A stretch of DNA of 56,410 nt from a virus (lineage: Duplodnaviria > Caudoviricetes), in IMG/VR virus record IMGVR_UViG_3300031759_000027, positions 1 to 56,410 of that record; one strand, 5' to 3'. Made by a program: the position numbers and the translations under genes. Shown here one piece after another: positions 54,527 to 56,410 of the stretch. The notes under the pieces are model-generated. The model searched no databases. It was not told the DNA's origin and worked only from the letters and a program-made list of their open reading frames with translations. The stretch's first letter is position 1. Each line of letters opens with the position of its first letter.

Positions 54527-56410
54527 AGCAGCCAAAGCCTGTTGTAGTTGACTTTGAGACCTTTGGAATTGAAGGTCGTCCTGATTACCCACCTAAGCCG
54601 GTGGGAGTCTCGATTAAGTACCCTGGAAAGAAGGCAAAATATTATGGTTGGGGTCATCCAACAAAGAACAACAGCACGTTTGCTGAAGCGCAAGCAGAGT
54701 TAAAGAAGGCCTACGAGCATAAAGATGGGCTGCTCTTTCAAAATGCTAAGTTTGACGTGGATGTGGCTGATGCGCACATGGGCTTACCAGTGCCTGCATG
54801 GCATCTAATCCATGACACATTGTTCTTATTGTTCTTAGATGATCCTCATCAGAAAGAGCTAGGTTTGAAGCCATCATCTGAGCGGCTGCTAGGTCTTCCA
54901 CCTGAAGAACAAGATGCTGTTGGTGAATGGCTAGTAGAAAATCAACCCCTTAAAGGCGTTAAGATCAGCAAAGCAAAATCATCTGAGCACTATTTTGGCC
55001 GGTACATTGCGCTAGCTCCTGGTGACATTGTTGGTAAGTATGCCAATGGTGACGTTGACAGAACCGAGCAGCTATTCAATTTACTGTGGCCAAAGACATT
55101 AGAGCGTAAGATGCTTGAAGCTTATGATCGTGAGCGCGAGCTTATGCCAATTCTTTTAGAGATGGAGCGCAATGGAGTTCCTGTTGATTTAAAACGGCTT
55201 AGATCAGATGTTGAGATCTACAACGAGTGGCGCCATAAGATTGACGTATGGATCATTAAGTCATTAAAGGCAGATCCGCTGATTAACTTAGATTCTGGTG
55301 AACAGCTTGTCAAAGCCATGGTGCTATGCGGTAAAGCAGATCCTAATTTGATTCCAAAGACTCCGACAGGGAAGTTTCAAACAAATAAGGCTGCTTTGTT
55401 GTTAGGAGTTACTGACAAGGTACTTTTAGCGATGCTTAAATACAGGACTCAACTAAACACCTGTATGAACACCTTCATGGAGCCTTGGCTTAGAGTCGCT
55501 GAGAAGTCAGGTGGCAAGATCTTTACTACTTGGAACCAAACTAAATCAACTGAGTCTGGTGGTTCAGTAGGCACACGGACTGGTCGCTTGTCAAGCACCC
55601 CAAACTTTCAAAACGTCCCCAAGATCTTTAAGCCGATCTTTGATCACGAGCAACCTAAGGCAAAACTGCCAAAGTGCCCACTCAAAGATCTACCTGGTTT
55701 GCCACTTGTAAGAAGCTACATCATCTCGTCAAAGGGCCACGTGCTATGTGGCAGGGACTTCAGCAGCCAGGAGCTTCGCGTATTAGCCCACTTTGAAGAT
55801 GGTGAAATGAAAGACAGATACAACGTAGAACCAAAAACTGACTTGCATCAATATGCTGCAGACTTGATCACAAGCACAACAGGCGTTGTTGTTAGCCGGT
55901 CAGACGCTAAGACGATCGCGTTCTCAATTTTGTATGGTAGTGGTCTTGGTAAGTTGGCTGAAGGTGTTGGATGCTCAGTTGATGAGGCCAAGCAACTTCG
56001 CAATGCTTACTTGGGCACCTTTGCAGGTATTAAGAACATGCAGAAGGACATGAAGTCAAGAGCAGGTGAGAAGTTACCTATTAGAACTTGGGGCGGTCGT
56101 GAGTATTACTGCGAGGAGCCAAAGTTTGTCGATGGCAGATTAAGAACTTTTGACTACAAGCTTTTAAACGTCCTCATTCAAGGATCATCAGCAGATCAGA
56201 CCAAAGCAGCAATGATCAGGTTCTATAATGCTAAAACTTCTGGAAAGCTGCTCTTAACAGTGCACGATGAAATTATTGTTGAGGCCCCTGTCAAGCAAGC
56301 TAAGGCGGTCATGGCTGCATTAAAGACTGCAATGAACGAAGCAGGATTAGACGTGCCAATGATCAGTGATGGTGAGATGGGTAATATCTGGACTGAAATG
56401 AAAGAGTGTG
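54523..56410 (+). CDS. polA: Family A DNA polymerase (missing from ORF track; completes at nt 8 across the join)
   Basis: Hand translation: DFET and NAKFD exonuclease motifs, TGRLSS.PN.QN, DFSSQELR (A), RSDAKTIAFSILYG (B), IQGSSAD, TVHDEI (C). Confidence 0.95.
   Translation, partial: MKQPKPVVVDFETFGIEGRPDYPPKPVGVSIKYPGKKAKYYGWGHPTKNNSTFAEAQAELKKAYEHKDGLLFQNAKFDVDVADAHMGLPVPAWHLIHDTLFLLFLDDPHQKELGLKPSSERLLGLPPEEQDAVGEWLVENQPLKGVKISKAKSSEHYFGRYIALAPGDIVGKYANGDVDRTEQLFNLLWPKTLERKMLEAYDRERELMPILLEMERNGVPVDLKRLRSDVEIYNEWRHKIDVWIIKSLKADPLINLDSGEQLVKAMVLCGKADPNLIPKTPTGKFQTNKAALLLGVTDKVLLAMLKYRTQLNTCMNTFMEPWLRVAEKSGGKIFTTWNQTKSTESGGSVGTRTGRLSSTPNFQNVPKIFKPIFDHEQPKAKLPKCPLKDLPGLPLVRSYIISSKGHVLCGRDFSSQELRVLAHFEDGEMKDRYNVEPKTDLHQYAADLITSTTGVVVSRSDAKTIAFSILYGSGLGKLAEGVGCSVDEAKQLRNAYLGTFAGIKNMQKDMKSRAGEKLPIRTWGGREYYCEEPKFVDGRLRTFDYKLLNVLIQGSSADQTKAAMIRFYNAKTSGKLLLTVHDEIIVEAPVKQAKAVMAALKTAMNEAGLDVPMISDGEMGNIWTEMKEC

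Larger units (their letters stand above)
1..56410. mobile_element. Apparently complete tailed phage genome (myovirus), circularly permuted
   Basis: Full terminase/portal/capsid/sheath/baseplate/lysis and replication gene sets; PolA ORF continues across the end-to-start junction. Confidence 0.93.

Overview
The window looks like a complete, circularly permuted ~56.4 kb genome of a contractile-tailed dsDNA phage (myovirus). The family A DNA polymerase starting at 54523 runs off the right end and finishes in frame at nt 8 if the ends are joined. There are two gene blocks. The + strand (42260 through the join to 10701) carries early genes, primase-helicase, HNH, ligase, SSB-like protein, PolA, a Cas4-like nuclease, VRR-NUC, a SNF2 helicase and a five-gene nucleotide-modification cluster. 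The - strand (41933 to 10725) carries terminase, a fibre cassette, portal, head, neck, tail, baseplate and lysis genes. I found no integrase, repressor, tRNA or CRISPR array. Highlights: (1) five unrelated small genes among the head/neck genes share an N-terminal M-x-x-HIHIH...(K/R)D leader that recurs in the scaffold, a candidate capsid-targeting and protease-release system; (2) a structured RNA upstream of the primase exposes CCTCAGCAAG, the exact complement of a CTTGCTGAGG box over four early ribosome-binding sites; (3) an Asp-type (dCMP-type) thymidylate synthase homolog sits with a methyltransferase, a MazG-like enzyme, a kinase-UDG fusion and a deaminase; (4) several structured intergenic RNAs surround the SSB-like gene. 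All family calls come from motif recognition and synteny by eye; no database search was run.
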